Shown here in pieces: positions 19,458-27,430 of a DNA stretch of 64,000 nt. Under the pieces are notes generated by a model, which searched no databases, was not told the DNA's origin, and saw only the letters and a program-made list of their open reading frames with translations. The translations under genes and the position numbers were made by a program. The DNA is from a virus (taxonomy: Duplodnaviria > Heunggongvirae > Uroviricota > Caudoviricetes). The DNA lies in the IMG/VR virus record IMGVR_UViG_3300050821_010761, positions 104,808-168,807 of that record, one strand, 5' to 3'. Each line of letters begins with the position of its first letter. The first letter of the stretch is position 1.

Positions 19458-20226
19458 TCAACGGTATTCTAGATCTAAGGTATTCTTTATCTTGTGTGAA
19501 TATTGGTGGCTCAAAGGACGCCCATTTAAAACGCTCTACTTGTGCCTGGACTTCTCCATCTGGACGTTTAACGTCCACTTTTTCGATTTTCTCTTTGAGG
19601 ATAATACGACCACGCTTGAAACCCACTGGGTACTTATCCCAATTGACACCCTTTTGGAACATAAGTTCCTGAAGCTGTGATGTGTTTTTGCCATGCAGTT
19701 CTTTGTGACTATAGAGAGATTGGGCACCCATGTGTATACTGTTGCGCGTAGCATCCTGTTGACGCCAGATGAGCATGTTAATAACTTCTTCTCGATCAGG
19801 AATACTAAACACTCTGGAGTCGAAATATGCCACCTTATCCATACTGGCAAGGATTTCTTTATCCAGGTACATTCCATTGTTGAATGCTACCGTCGCCATA
19901 GATGCTGAAATAGAAGTTATTTTTTGAATGTTACCGTCAAACCACGCATCCGTGTGAATAGTCTCGAAATCCGTAAGAATTAGAGATATCTCATCCGATT
20001 GAACATAAGCAAGCTTAACTCCTTGAACGTCTTCGCACAGAGCTATAGCTGTCTTATCCATGATTCTCATCAAGTTGAGATCATATGGTCTAGAAAATGA
20101 TTTAGTATAAGTGTGGAATGATTTTCCGTCCAAACGAATGATAGTGTAAGTTCTACGAGGAATGAAGAACCTGGTACGATCTTCGTAATTGTTTTTCATT
20201 CTTGAGCCGAGTTCATCTTTTTTCAT
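19438..20226 (-). CDS. Thg1-like protein (tRNA-His guanylyltransferase family, tRNA 3'-5' polymerase)
   Basis: Matches hallmark Thg1 motifs: IIRLDGKSFH, YVQSDEISLIL and WRQQDATRNS. Start chosen at the internal ATG (MKKDEL) with RBS AGGGA. The longer ORF extends to 20337. Confidence 0.7.
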   Translation of the reverse strand: MKKDELGSRMKNNYEDRTRFFIPRRTYTIIRLDGKSFHTYTKSFSRPYDLNLMRIMDKTAIALCEDVQGVKLAYVQSDEISLILTDFETIHTDAWFDGNIQKITSISASMATVAFNNGMYLDKEILASMDKVAYFDSRVFSIPDREEVINMLIWRQQDATRNSIHMGAQSLYSHKELHGKNTSQLQELMFQKGVNWDKYPVGFKRGRIILKEKIEKVDVKRPDGEVQAQVERFKWASFEPPIFTQDKEYLRSRIPLIGEENV

Positions 20227-20425
20227 GTGAATCCCTAATTTTTTCATTAAAATCCGATGTCGGCAATTCACCTTCACCACATTTTGGACATTGAAAATTA
20301 TCCCAGCATCCCGTCCACGTAACCTTACAGTCATCACATAGCATTCCTCTAGAAAAAGCTGGGTCTACTGCTGAAAAATTACCAAGATATTCATATCCAA
20401 ATTCGTCTTTCATTAATCTCTCCAT
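20213..20425 (-). CDS. small zinc-ribbon protein
   Basis: 70 aa with CDDCKV...CPKCGEG cysteine pairs. Confidence 0.35.
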   Translation of the reverse strand: MERLMKDEFGYEYLGNFSAVDPAFSRGMLCDDCKVTWTGCWDNFQCPKCGEGELPTSDFNEKIRDSHEKR

Positions 20426-20874
20426 TTCGGATGAAATACGACATACGCTGCCTCGATAGGCCAGTTAAGAAACTCTAATGGCGGTAAAGCGCTTACGTCA
20501 GCAGAATGTGCAATCATATTTCCATATAGAACGCACCACGAGTTTTCCTCCCTAAAGCATTTTTGATCGATTAAAACCACATTTCTCTCAGTAATGCGTG
20601 GTTTACTAAAATCATTGACACTATGTCCTTCGACCATATTGCCCAGTGTTACTGGCAAAACTTCGTATCCATTATCCTTGAGATATTTCAACATCACATG
20701 TGTAGGCCAGCATTCGTCTTTGCGTAGTTTCTCGATTTCCTTGTAGGGTTTTTTGGTGATGGCATATAAAGCATAAGCACCGCATTGAACGCTGCCAGGA
20801 GGATCAGAAGGAAAATGGAACTGAGAAGTTCTATATTTTTTCCAATCAATTTTTTGTTGTCTACCTTTTCTCAT
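20413..20874 (-). CDS. hypothetical protein, possible papain-fold Cys peptidase
   Basis: VQCGAYALYA (Gln-Cys) and a downstream His (NMIAHSADV). Weak. Confidence 0.4.
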   Translation of the reverse strand: MRKGRQQKIDWKKYRTSQFHFPSDPPGSVQCGAYALYAITKKPYKEIEKLRKDECWPTHVMLKYLKDNGYEVLPVTLGNMVEGHSVNDFSKPRITERNVVLIDQKCFREENSWCVLYGNMIAHSADVSALPPLEFLNWPIEAAYVVFHPKWRD

Positions 20875-21152
20875 TTTTCCTCCAATCGCCTGTCGAGATC
20901 GGTTAGGGCTTGCCGAATGAGTTCATCCCCCGCTCGACCAAAATCATTATTAAAGTTCCATACGGTGTCCTCACACGCCGTGAGAATTGGCACCAGCAGT
21001 CGCGCTGCAGCGAGGAAGCCTGCCTTATATGCTTCTCTTACGTGGATATGATTAATATTAGCTGGCGGTCCAAAATATATGGATTCTTTTTTTGCTAATA
21101 TTTCCGCCAGCTTTCTGAGGGCGTCTTTTCTGGTCATTCTAATTCTCCGCAT
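20871..21152 (-). CDS. hypothetical protein (93 aa)
   Basis: ATGA overlap in an operon-like array. Confidence 0.4.
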   Translation of the reverse strand: MRRIRMTRKDALRKLAEILAKKESIYFGPPANINHIHVREAYKAGFLAAARLLVPILTACEDTVWNFNNDFGRAGDELIRQALTDLDRRLEEK

Positions 21153-21328
21153 CTACAAGTAGTATCGTCTTCCATGCAAGACGGGCATATTCCGTTTTTG
21201 ACTAGATCAAAAGTGACTGCATCTAAGTGATCTAGGTTCTTACCCTTGTGTATTTGTGGCTTTTTTGGTTCTCCACAGTCACAACAACCAACAGGACAAT
21301 CACATGAGTTTACATGATACCGTGCCAT
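21134..21328 (-). CDS. small Cys-rich zinc-finger-like protein
   Basis: CDCPVGCCDCGEP...CPSC...CRCGE. Confidence 0.35.
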   Translation of the reverse strand: MARYHVNSCDCPVGCCDCGEPKKPQIHKGKNLDHLDAVTFDLVKNGICPSCMEDDTTCRCGELE

Positions 21329-21330
21329 TA

Positions 21331-21609
21331 TTACCCACCTCCCGAGGCGAGTCTCTCTAGCTCTTTGGCGTTGGCGTTAAATGCATCACTTTGATCTACG
21401 CAACCATTGCATGCTTCGGTCAATGCAGAGGTGAGCCGCTCGTTTTGCTCAAGTAAACTAGAGATGATTGGGAGCAGTTTTTGGTTCTCCCTGCCTCTAC
21501 CAGCATTACCAGCAATGACACATTGTGCGAAGTTCACATCGCCACCATCATACTCTTCATCTGGAATAACCTGGCACTTCTCCAATATCTTTTTGTGAAG
21601 GGGAGTCAC
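21331..21609 (-). CDS. hypothetical protein (92 aa)
   Basis: Packed array. No recognisable motifs. Confidence 0.35.
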   Translation of the reverse strand: MTPLHKKILEKCQVIPDEEYDGGDVNFAQCVIAGNAGRGRENQKLLPIISSLLEQNERLTSALTEACNGCVDQSDAFNANAKELERLASGGG

Positions 21610-21833
21610 TTTTCCTCCTTGAATCCATAGAGGATGGAATCTTGCGTTTGGTCCACTACAGTAGCTTCGTGTCGTTTTCCAAACTCCACTTCTTGTACCA
21701 AATCTCTTTTGTGGTGATCGCTACCGCGAAATTCCTTAATATAGCGAGATCTTTCTTTTTCAGTTTCGAATCGCTCAATATGTGGCCCTAACATCCAATT
21801 ATCGGAATGATGAATAACGCCGTATTTTTTCAT
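21606..21833 (-). CDS. hypothetical protein (75 aa)
   Basis: Overlapping start/stop with neighbours. Confidence 0.35.
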   Translation of the reverse strand: MKKYGVIHHSDNWMLGPHIERFETEKERSRYIKEFRGSDHHKRDLVQEVEFGKRHEATVVDQTQDSILYGFKEEK

Positions 21834-22171
21834 ACTTCCTCCACATTAGTTTGTATCCATTTGACCATACATTCAAGAATATTATTCTCATGCTCATAGT
21901 CATGAATACCTTGTAATGTACTCATTCCCAGTAGTTTCAGTGGCATTGAAGAAGCGAGTGTTGGATGAAGTTTTAAAAGACTACTTACAACAGTGTTCTC
22001 CATACTTTTTGAGTACTTATCATCTGGAATAAACATGCCTACTGCGCATTTTGCTCCATTGTCACCGCGATAACAACAAACTTTATCAGGACCACTCACA
22101 CTCTTACCTTTAAAATTATTCCTGATATGATCGATTATACCCTGCTTAGTCCACCCGTTTATTGGTTTCAT
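21830..22171 (-). CDS. hypothetical protein (113 aa)
   Basis: Overlapping start/stop with neighbours. Confidence 0.4.
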   Translation of the reverse strand: MKPINGWTKQGIIDHIRNNFKGKSVSGPDKVCCYRGDNGAKCAVGMFIPDDKYSKSMENTVVSSLLKLHPTLASSMPLKLLGMSTLQGIHDYEHENNILECMVKWIQTNVEEV

Positions 22172-22494
22172 CTTGCCTCCAAAAATAAAAGCTTACAGAT
22201 TTGTAATTTATACTTTATCATCTGATCTATATATTTTACAAGCGATTCTTTATACAGAGGATTATCTCCTGGATAATTTACCCACATCATTGCGTAGAAT
22301 CGATTCTCGATCAATCTTGGTACGTCGCTGTCGTTACTTATGATAAACCTAGCCTCTGCCTTATTAGCTCTCTCCATCCAATCCACATCCTTTTCGGCTG
22401 GCTTAGCTACGACTACTACCTCGTAGCCAATGTTTGAAAGATCGTGGATTCTTTTATTGCCTATATTGCTGTCAACTGCAATTTTGATTTTCAT
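22168..22494 (-). CDS. PIN-like (Mut7-C/DUF5615-type) domain protein
   Basis: N-terminal MKIKIAVDSNI with acidic residues spaced as in PIN-like nuclease domains. Weak. Confidence 0.35.
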   Translation of the reverse strand: MKIKIAVDSNIGNKRIHDLSNIGYEVVVVAKPAEKDVDWMERANKAEARFIISNDSDVPRLIENRFYAMMWVNYPGDNPLYKESLVKYIDQMIKYKLQICKLLFLEAR

Positions 22495-22688
22495 ATCTTA
22501 AACATCCATCCATAGGTTAATGCGGGCACCCATCCTAGATCATCCAAATGCTTTGCGTCCTCATCGCTTATGTCCCTGTGATTCCTAGGACCAGCAATTA
22601 CTCCACCTATCTCAGCTGTAGTCAAAATGCTTCCGTCGTATGCTCTGAGAATAATAAGTCCTTTAATTAAGGCGTCTATTCGACTCAT
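22491..22688 (-). CDS. hypothetical protein (65 aa)
   Basis: Packed array. No recognisable motifs. Confidence 0.3.
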   Translation of the reverse strand: MSRIDALIKGLIILRAYDGSILTTAEIGGVIAGPRNHRDISDEDAKHLDDLGWVPALTYGWMFKI

Positions 22689-22893
22689 GTGCCTCCCTCA
22701 TTAGCATCTTTTTAAGATCACGCATCTGAAAAAACACTTCTTTAAAGCCATAAGCGTGGCCATGTTTCCAGGCCATTCCCCATATCCATTCAGCCTTCTC
22801 GTGTCCGATGAGCGCCAATTCCTTCATGGCATCCACACGAAAGTGCTCAATCATTATGGCACTGTGCATGTTCCAATATTTACTGAAGTCCAT
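22663..22893 (-). CDS. hypothetical protein (76 aa)
   Basis: Packed array. No recognisable motifs. Confidence 0.3.
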   Translation of the reverse strand: MDFSKYWNMHSAIMIEHFRVDAMKELALIGHEKAEWIWGMAWKHGHAYGFKEVFFQMRDLKKMLMREAHESNRRLN

Positions 22894-23092
22894 TTGGAGT
22901 CTCCTTTTTGCTGTCTGCTACTGCTCGCATCAATATGTGCCTGACGTACTCGTATTCCAGGCCCTCCACAATAACTTCGCCGTCACATAAGCCTTGAAAT
23001 TTAATGCTACCTTGTTCTGTGTCCGCTACAATGACGCCTCTTAAGGTAAACGACGGCTTACCGCGTCCTGGATTAACTGTGAAGAGATTCAT
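22880..23092 (-). CDS. hypothetical protein (70 aa)
   Basis: Packed array. No recognisable motifs. Confidence 0.3.
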   Translation of the reverse strand: MNLFTVNPGRGKPSFTLRGVIVADTEQGSIKFQGLCDGEVIVEGLEYEYVRHILMRAVADSKKETPNGLQ

Positions 23093-23390
23093 TGTTTTTC
23101 TCCTTTATTTTTTCGCCATCGTCATCATACTCAGATTCTTCCGCAACTATAGTTGCTAGGCGGTATAGTTCCTCGCTAATCGGCTTATCGTGTAATAGGT
23201 GCAATTTAATCAAACGCGGGCTCTCAGTTTTTCTGGCTTTTTGCAAAATCCTTTCGAATCTTACTTGACTGGCAGGGTTCGCCAATGTAACATCCAGGAT
23301 GCCAAGAGCTATGTTGTCTACTATCTCATAGATTTCCATATCAATTGCATCCTGTTTTTGTGTTTTGGTCAATTGTTCGAAGGTTTTCAT
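23073..23390 (-). CDS. hypothetical protein (105 aa)
   Basis: Packed array. No recognisable motifs. Confidence 0.35.
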   Translation of the reverse strand: MKTFEQLTKTQKQDAIDMEIYEIVDNIALGILDVTLANPASQVRFERILQKARKTESPRLIKLHLLHDKPISEELYRLATIVAEESEYDDDGEKIKEKNNESLHS

Positions 23391-23653
23391 AACTTACCTT
23401 CAAGTTCGGCAAATAGTGTAAGAAGTAGAATTCTTTCCATGCGTCCGCTGGAAGATACTGATAGACCTTCCCAACATCTAGTGGGCGATTGATCAAAAAA
23501 ATCAGCATATCTAAGCCTAAGATCAAATGTGTCAAATCCTAATTCTTGTTGTGCGCGTAAGAGTGCGTTACATGAGAATATTTCAAGACCGTGCTCAAGT
23601 CTGCGGATAGCCAAATCTACGGTCTCCAATTCTTTTTTGGTTAATTTTTTCAT
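23387..23653 (-). CDS. hypothetical protein (88 aa)
   Basis: Packed array. No recognisable motifs. Confidence 0.35.
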   Translation of the reverse strand: MKKLTKKELETVDLAIRRLEHGLEIFSCNALLRAQQELGFDTFDLRLRYADFFDQSPTRCWEGLSVSSSGRMERILLLTLFAELEGKL

Positions 23654-23928
23654 GTCTGTTTCCTTGCCAATAACTTCTTTCGTTCTTTAGCGCCTAAGTG
23701 TGGTTGAGCAAGCTTTTGTTCAATCGTCAGTTTGGAATACTTAGCTTGACGTTCTTCCGCTTCCTGACGCTTTTGTAATTTCTTCGCTGTGGCTGCACCA
23801 CTCTTGCGATTATTTAATTTCTTACCTCTAGGACGTAAATCTTCGGTAGCCATATTTTCTCCTACTTTTAATGATGTTTTAGTAAATATGTAATATATTC
23901 TAACAGATATACTCTCGGAGCTAACCAA
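23650..23928 (-). CDS. basic Lys/Arg-rich small protein
   Basis: Start probably at the internal MATEDL. Highly basic C-terminus (KERKKLLARKQT). Confidence 0.35.
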   Translation of the reverse strand: MVSSESISVRIYYIFTKTSLKVGENMATEDLRPRGKKLNNRKSGAATAKKLQKRQEAEERQAKYSKLTIEQKLAQPHLGAKERKKLLARKQT

Positions 23929-24233
23929 ATTTTCAATACATCCAATCCATTTGTAATCAACATTGTAGATCCTACAATGAACATGCTAATGGGAAGCAAC
24001 CACGACGGACCATATTCCAAGTCCTTTTTGACGGCCTCATTTACTGGCCTAATAAGAGCTAAACTGCCTCCCAGAAATAACATAGCAATGATTAACCACA
24101 CAATATCCTTAGCCATATTGTAACTAAGGATTTCCTTAGCTACTATGGGCAGTTGTTGCAAGCTAAAATCTTTAGCTTCCTTAAGTGTGTCTGCCATGGA
24201 AGATAAGAATTTGGTAACGATTTCGCTGTCCAT
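23868..24233 (-). CDS. membrane protein (121 aa)
   Basis: Two hydrophobic segments (VWLIIAMLFLGGSLALI, LLPISMFIVGSTMLI). Confidence 0.35.
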   Translation of the reverse strand: MDSEIVTKFLSSMADTLKEAKDFSLQQLPIVAKEILSYNMAKDIVWLIIAMLFLGGSLALIRPVNEAVKKDLEYGPSWLLPISMFIVGSTMLITNGLDVLKIWLAPRVYLLEYITYLLKHH

Positions 24234-24242
24234 TTATTACTC

Positions 24243-24494
24243 CTATTTGTTTAAAAAATCTAGAACCATCTGTGCTAAATTTTGGTGAAAGAAATACATT
24301 ACGGCACCGATCAGGAAGGGTGCTGGCTCTACCAATAGAACCACGATGCCCAAGACAAAAGACGCGCTGAACGCTAGATAGAGGCCATAGATCATCATAG
24401 AGATACAAAATATCACCCATGCAACGATTAGGATCACGCCTAGGACGCCCAAACTCGTCAGGAAAGGCATCAACGTTTTAGTCAAGAGTTTCAT
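24243..24494 (-). CDS. small multi-TM membrane protein
   Basis: Almost entirely hydrophobic 83-aa ORF. Confidence 0.35.
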   Translation of the reverse strand: MKLLTKTLMPFLTSLGVLGVILIVAWVIFCISMMIYGLYLAFSASFVLGIVVLLVEPAPFLIGAVMYFFHQNLAQMVLDFLNK

Positions 24495-24775
24495 GTTAAA
24501 CCTTCTTTCTTTGATTGTTTTTCTTTTTCTTCCATGCGTTTCAACATACTAGTGGGTTCCTCGTTAAAGTGATTGGACCATTGCACCGATCCCTCGAGTG
24601 GCCCTATGCCCATGAAATCCACGATTACTCCTAGATTCCTCAATGTCTGTCCAAATCTAATATCTGGGTTCAGCATAACATGTTCTGTAATTTTTGCAAG
24701 TATTTGCAAATTAGCTTCTTTTCGTGTCATTTTGACTCTCCCACTTTTTTGTCTCGTAAGTGCCATATGTGCCAT
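24491..24775 (-). CDS. hypothetical protein (94 aa)
   Basis: Packed array. No recognisable motifs. Confidence 0.35.
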   Translation of the reverse strand: MAHMALTRQKSGRVKMTRKEANLQILAKITEHVMLNPDIRFGQTLRNLGVIVDFMGIGPLEGSVQWSNHFNEEPTSMLKRMEEKEKQSKKEGLT

Positions 24776-25005
24776 ATATAGGACATCAATAGCCTTTGGG
24801 GCATGGCAGTGGAACCCAAAAGAAATCTTTGATTTTCATTGTCTGAACACGTAGCCATCCACATGCGAATGATGGAATTATCCCATTCGATGATGCCATT
24901 CATTACAATTTTATCTGCAACGCGGTAGCATTCTTCGGCTTCCTCATCTGTCATTCCTGTTACCAACATTGACGTTTTATCTACTTTCATGCGTTCTCCT
25001 GACAA
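24727..25005 (-). CDS. hypothetical protein (92 aa)
   Basis: First gene of the leftward array after an intergenic gap. Confidence 0.35.
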   Translation of the reverse strand: MSGERMKVDKTSMLVTGMTDEEAEECYRVADKIVMNGIIEWDNSIIRMWMATCSDNENQRFLLGSTAMPQRLLMSYIWHIWHLRDKKVGESK

Positions 25006-25240
25006 TTGTTATTGCGATTAGTGTGCCAACCATAAGTATGCGGAACCATTGACTTCTCATGATGGGAAAGCGTTTAACTTATGGTCATTTTCATTGCGTT
25101 AAATGAATTTTCCAAGTATCGCAATAAGTTAGGTAAGCGAATAACTTATTTACAATGTCAACGACGTAGACAGCCGATGACCTTAGCAATGCGTGATTTA
25201 AGAAAACGATATTTGTGGTAGCACCACGTAGAACAGAAAA

Positions 25241-25261
25241 CGGGACCCACTAGGGGTCCCG
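25241..25261 (-). terminator. rho-independent terminator for the - strand PA14 lipoprotein gene
   Basis: Perfect 8-bp stem CGGGACCC/GGGTCCCG with a 5-nt loop. On the - strand transcript it is followed by UUUUCUGUUC. Confidence 0.55.
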
Positions 25262-25324
25262 AGTAAACAACCGTTGAACAGTGGTAACACCGCCTTGAGT
25301 GCGGTACTTGATAAGTGTCGTTCA

Positions 25325-26017
25325 TTAGTGGTATAAATTCGCTGCTGGTAGCAGCGCTCCATCCATATTCAAGACCATAGCAATATTACCACCACCGCTC
25401 TGTGCGTAATAAAGCTGAAACGTGTGAGTGATAGCCGACTCAAGAAGTTTGGTTCCATTAACAGTTGCAATGCCATGAGAACCATCGTTGTCCGCGACCA
25501 AAGCACCATCGATGTAAAGGAGTGAGCCGTCGTCGCTAGATGTGGAAAAATTGTAATAACCATCCTCAGTTACTACAAGTTGTCCAGTACAAACGATGCG
25601 GTAGTTGTTATTCAAAAACAGTGATGCAATCTCAGGGTTAATCAGGCTATTACCAGCGTTACCCGCTACGTTTGGTTGATTGATTACTGTAGACAATAGA
25701 TAAGAATAAGCATTACCCGTTAATACTATGGCTTGCGCTGCCGTGTATCCAGGACTACTGCTTGATAGATAGATGCCAGAGGCAATAGCCTGCACGGTAC
25801 AAAATAAACCTGGCGTCAACGGCGCTTCGCCTTGCGATTCGCGGTAAGCGTTCTCGGAATCTACAATCTGCTGAATAGCGGTAGGCTGTGGCGTGGTTGC
25901 AGCTGGACCTTGTGGGCCAGGTTTCCCTGGAACGCCCTGTTCTCCAGTCCCGCCAGTGTTTCCTTTAGCACATCCGATCAGTAACAATACAAGCGTAGCA
26001 AAAAAACAGTTTTTCAT
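25325..26017 (-). CDS. lipoprotein with collagen-like Gly-X-Y repeats and a PA14/GLEYA-like carbohydrate-binding domain
   Basis: Internal start with RBS GGAGAA gives MKNCFFATLVLLLIGC (lipobox). Followed by GEQGVPGKPGPQGP, then GYYNF...DDGSLLYIDGALVADNDGSHG...YYAQSGGG typical of PA14. Confidence 0.6.
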   Translation of the reverse strand: MKNCFFATLVLLLIGCAKGNTGGTGEQGVPGKPGPQGPAATTPQPTAIQQIVDSENAYRESQGEAPLTPGLFCTVQAIASGIYLSSSSPGYTAAQAIVLTGNAYSYLLSTVINQPNVAGNAGNSLINPEIASLFLNNNYRIVCTGQLVVTEDGYYNFSTSSDDGSLLYIDGALVADNDGSHGIATVNGTKLLESAITHTFQLYYAQSGGGNIAMVLNMDGALLPAANLYH

Positions 26018-26030
26018 AAAAATTCTCCAT

Positions 26031-26249
26031 TTAAGTTTTATCAACCCAGTCCCCATCTTCTTCTTTAAATCTCTCACGCCTCAGATGTCCTTCCGCGCAC
26101 TCAACACAGGATAGACAGCCCTCGACTTCGTACAGGTTTGGCGCATTTGACGTACCACAGTTTACACATACCAATCCTTTACAGTCGTCGTTGTTTACCT
26201 CCACGATAGAAAGTTTCTTCGGTCGAAATAGTTTTTCTAGCAGGTCCAT
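26031..26249 (-). CDS. zinc-ribbon protein (72 aa)
   Basis: CVNCGTS...CLSCVEC. Confidence 0.35.
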   Translation of the reverse strand: MDLLEKLFRPKKLSIVEVNNDDCKGLVCVNCGTSNAPNLYEVEGCLSCVECAEGHLRRERFKEEDGDWVDKT

Positions 26250-26445
26250 AATTTCCTACCATCCTACGTATTGAATATATTACAACCTCATCTGTCTTGT
26301 CAACGGCAATCGGTAATTTTTTCATACCGATTCTGGTCCCGTCTTTGTATACATCCATACGTGTGTACAAAGAAAAGTCCCAGAACATGTACGAGTATAG
26401 GACGCCATCAACTTCAATAGTGGTCAATTTAGGATTTTCGAGCAT
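26179..26445 (-). CDS. hypothetical protein (89 aa)
   Basis: Internal start MLENPKL with RBS GAAAGG preferred. The longer ORF (to 26712) would overlap the rIIB-like gene by 280 nt. Confidence 0.35.
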   Translation of the reverse strand: MLENPKLTTIEVDGVLYSYMFWDFSLYTRMDVYKDGTRIGMKKLPIAVDKTDEVVIYSIRRMVGNYGPARKTISTEETFYRGGKQRRL

Positions 26446-27427
26446 TCTTATTGCCTTTCTTCTTTTTCCTGGCGATGAATTTGCCATCTGGTCCCCGCAC
26501 CGCGTGATTGTTAGCATAGCGCTTTTTAAATGCCCGTTCAATGACCTTGGTTTCTTCGACTTCCTCTGCTTCGAAATCGTGGTAGTATGGCTCAAGAGAG
26601 CGTTCATATGCATCGTCGTTTTCGTGGTCGAAGTCATTGCTCGTAATGCTAAGCCATCCACATTCGTCACTCTCTTCCCCAGCTTTCGCAAATTCATGAT
26701 TGGCATCGTCATCCAATGGCTTTACATCGCCGAATACCACGCCGTCCAGCATGTCTGTAGTTTCTTTGATCACCTCGAAACGACATACGCGCATCTTTTG
26801 ACCGTTGTAGTCGTTTGGCACTGCCACCACGTCCTTGGGATTTACTTTTACTAATACAAGCTTGGGACCAAATTCTTTGGCGTATTGATATCCACCGACG
26901 TGCAAGCCGTAGGAGCATGTATTGTCTGGATTGTCGTCGACCTGTTCACGCGGAATCTCACAGATTTTACCTGGACTATTGTCAAATTTACCAGTGTGTT
27001 TATCCTTGAAATCTTCGGTAACACCGCGATAGCCGATAAAGCATCCGTCCTCTGTCAAGCTGTGACCTTTGTTTTCGAGGAAGCGAAATAATTGTTTTCG
27101 AGAATTGAATGAGGGATTTTTTCTGAGGTTTTCCCAGAATGACAACAAAGAAGTGATGGGCAGATTCTCTTCTTTGTAAGCCATGATGCGATCCGATAAT
27201 TCAATTGGCATTTCTTCGTTGCCAAGTTTCAAGATGCCGTCTTGGAGTTCGAGTCCTTGTTTCTGAAAGAATGCTTCATTATCTGCAATCGAAGGGATTG
27301 CGGATAAACGATTTTCTCTAATCGCACTTAGCACTTTCTCAAATCGCCCATCCCCACTGGCAATAACTTTCGTTTTACCATCGTAATGCAGTGTCACAGA
27401 TCCTTTTGTCAGCATGAACGTTACCAT
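26429..27427 (-). CDS. rIIB: rIIB-like protein
   Basis: 332 aa, immediately downstream of and co-oriented with a 707-aa GHKL-ATPase gene (rIIA-rIIB architecture). Segment FDNSPGK...GLHVGG...VKVNPKDVVAVPNDYNGQKMRVCRFEV resembles conserved rIIB blocks as I recall them. Confidence 0.5.
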   Translation of the reverse strand: MVTFMLTKGSVTLHYDGKTKVIASGDGRFEKVLSAIRENRLSAIPSIADNEAFFQKQGLELQDGILKLGNEEMPIELSDRIMAYKEENLPITSLLSFWENLRKNPSFNSRKQLFRFLENKGHSLTEDGCFIGYRGVTEDFKDKHTGKFDNSPGKICEIPREQVDDNPDNTCSYGLHVGGYQYAKEFGPKLVLVKVNPKDVVAVPNDYNGQKMRVCRFEVIKETTDMLDGVVFGDVKPLDDDANHEFAKAGEESDECGWLSITSNDFDHENDDAYERSLEPYYHDFEAEEVEETKVIERAFKKRYANNHAVRGPDGKFIARKKKKGNKNARKS

Positions 27428-27430
27428 AAA

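Noticed and set aside
23650-23928. Possible phage-encoded ribosomal protein bS21 (basic C-terminus KERKKLLARKQT)
   Set aside because: Lacks the conserved bS21 N-terminal region. The similarity is limited to basic composition.
26179-26712. 177-aa version of the ORF overlapping the rIIB-like gene by about 280 nt
   Set aside because: Long out-of-frame overlap. An internal ATG with a good RBS directly after the rIIB stop gives a compact 89-aa gene.
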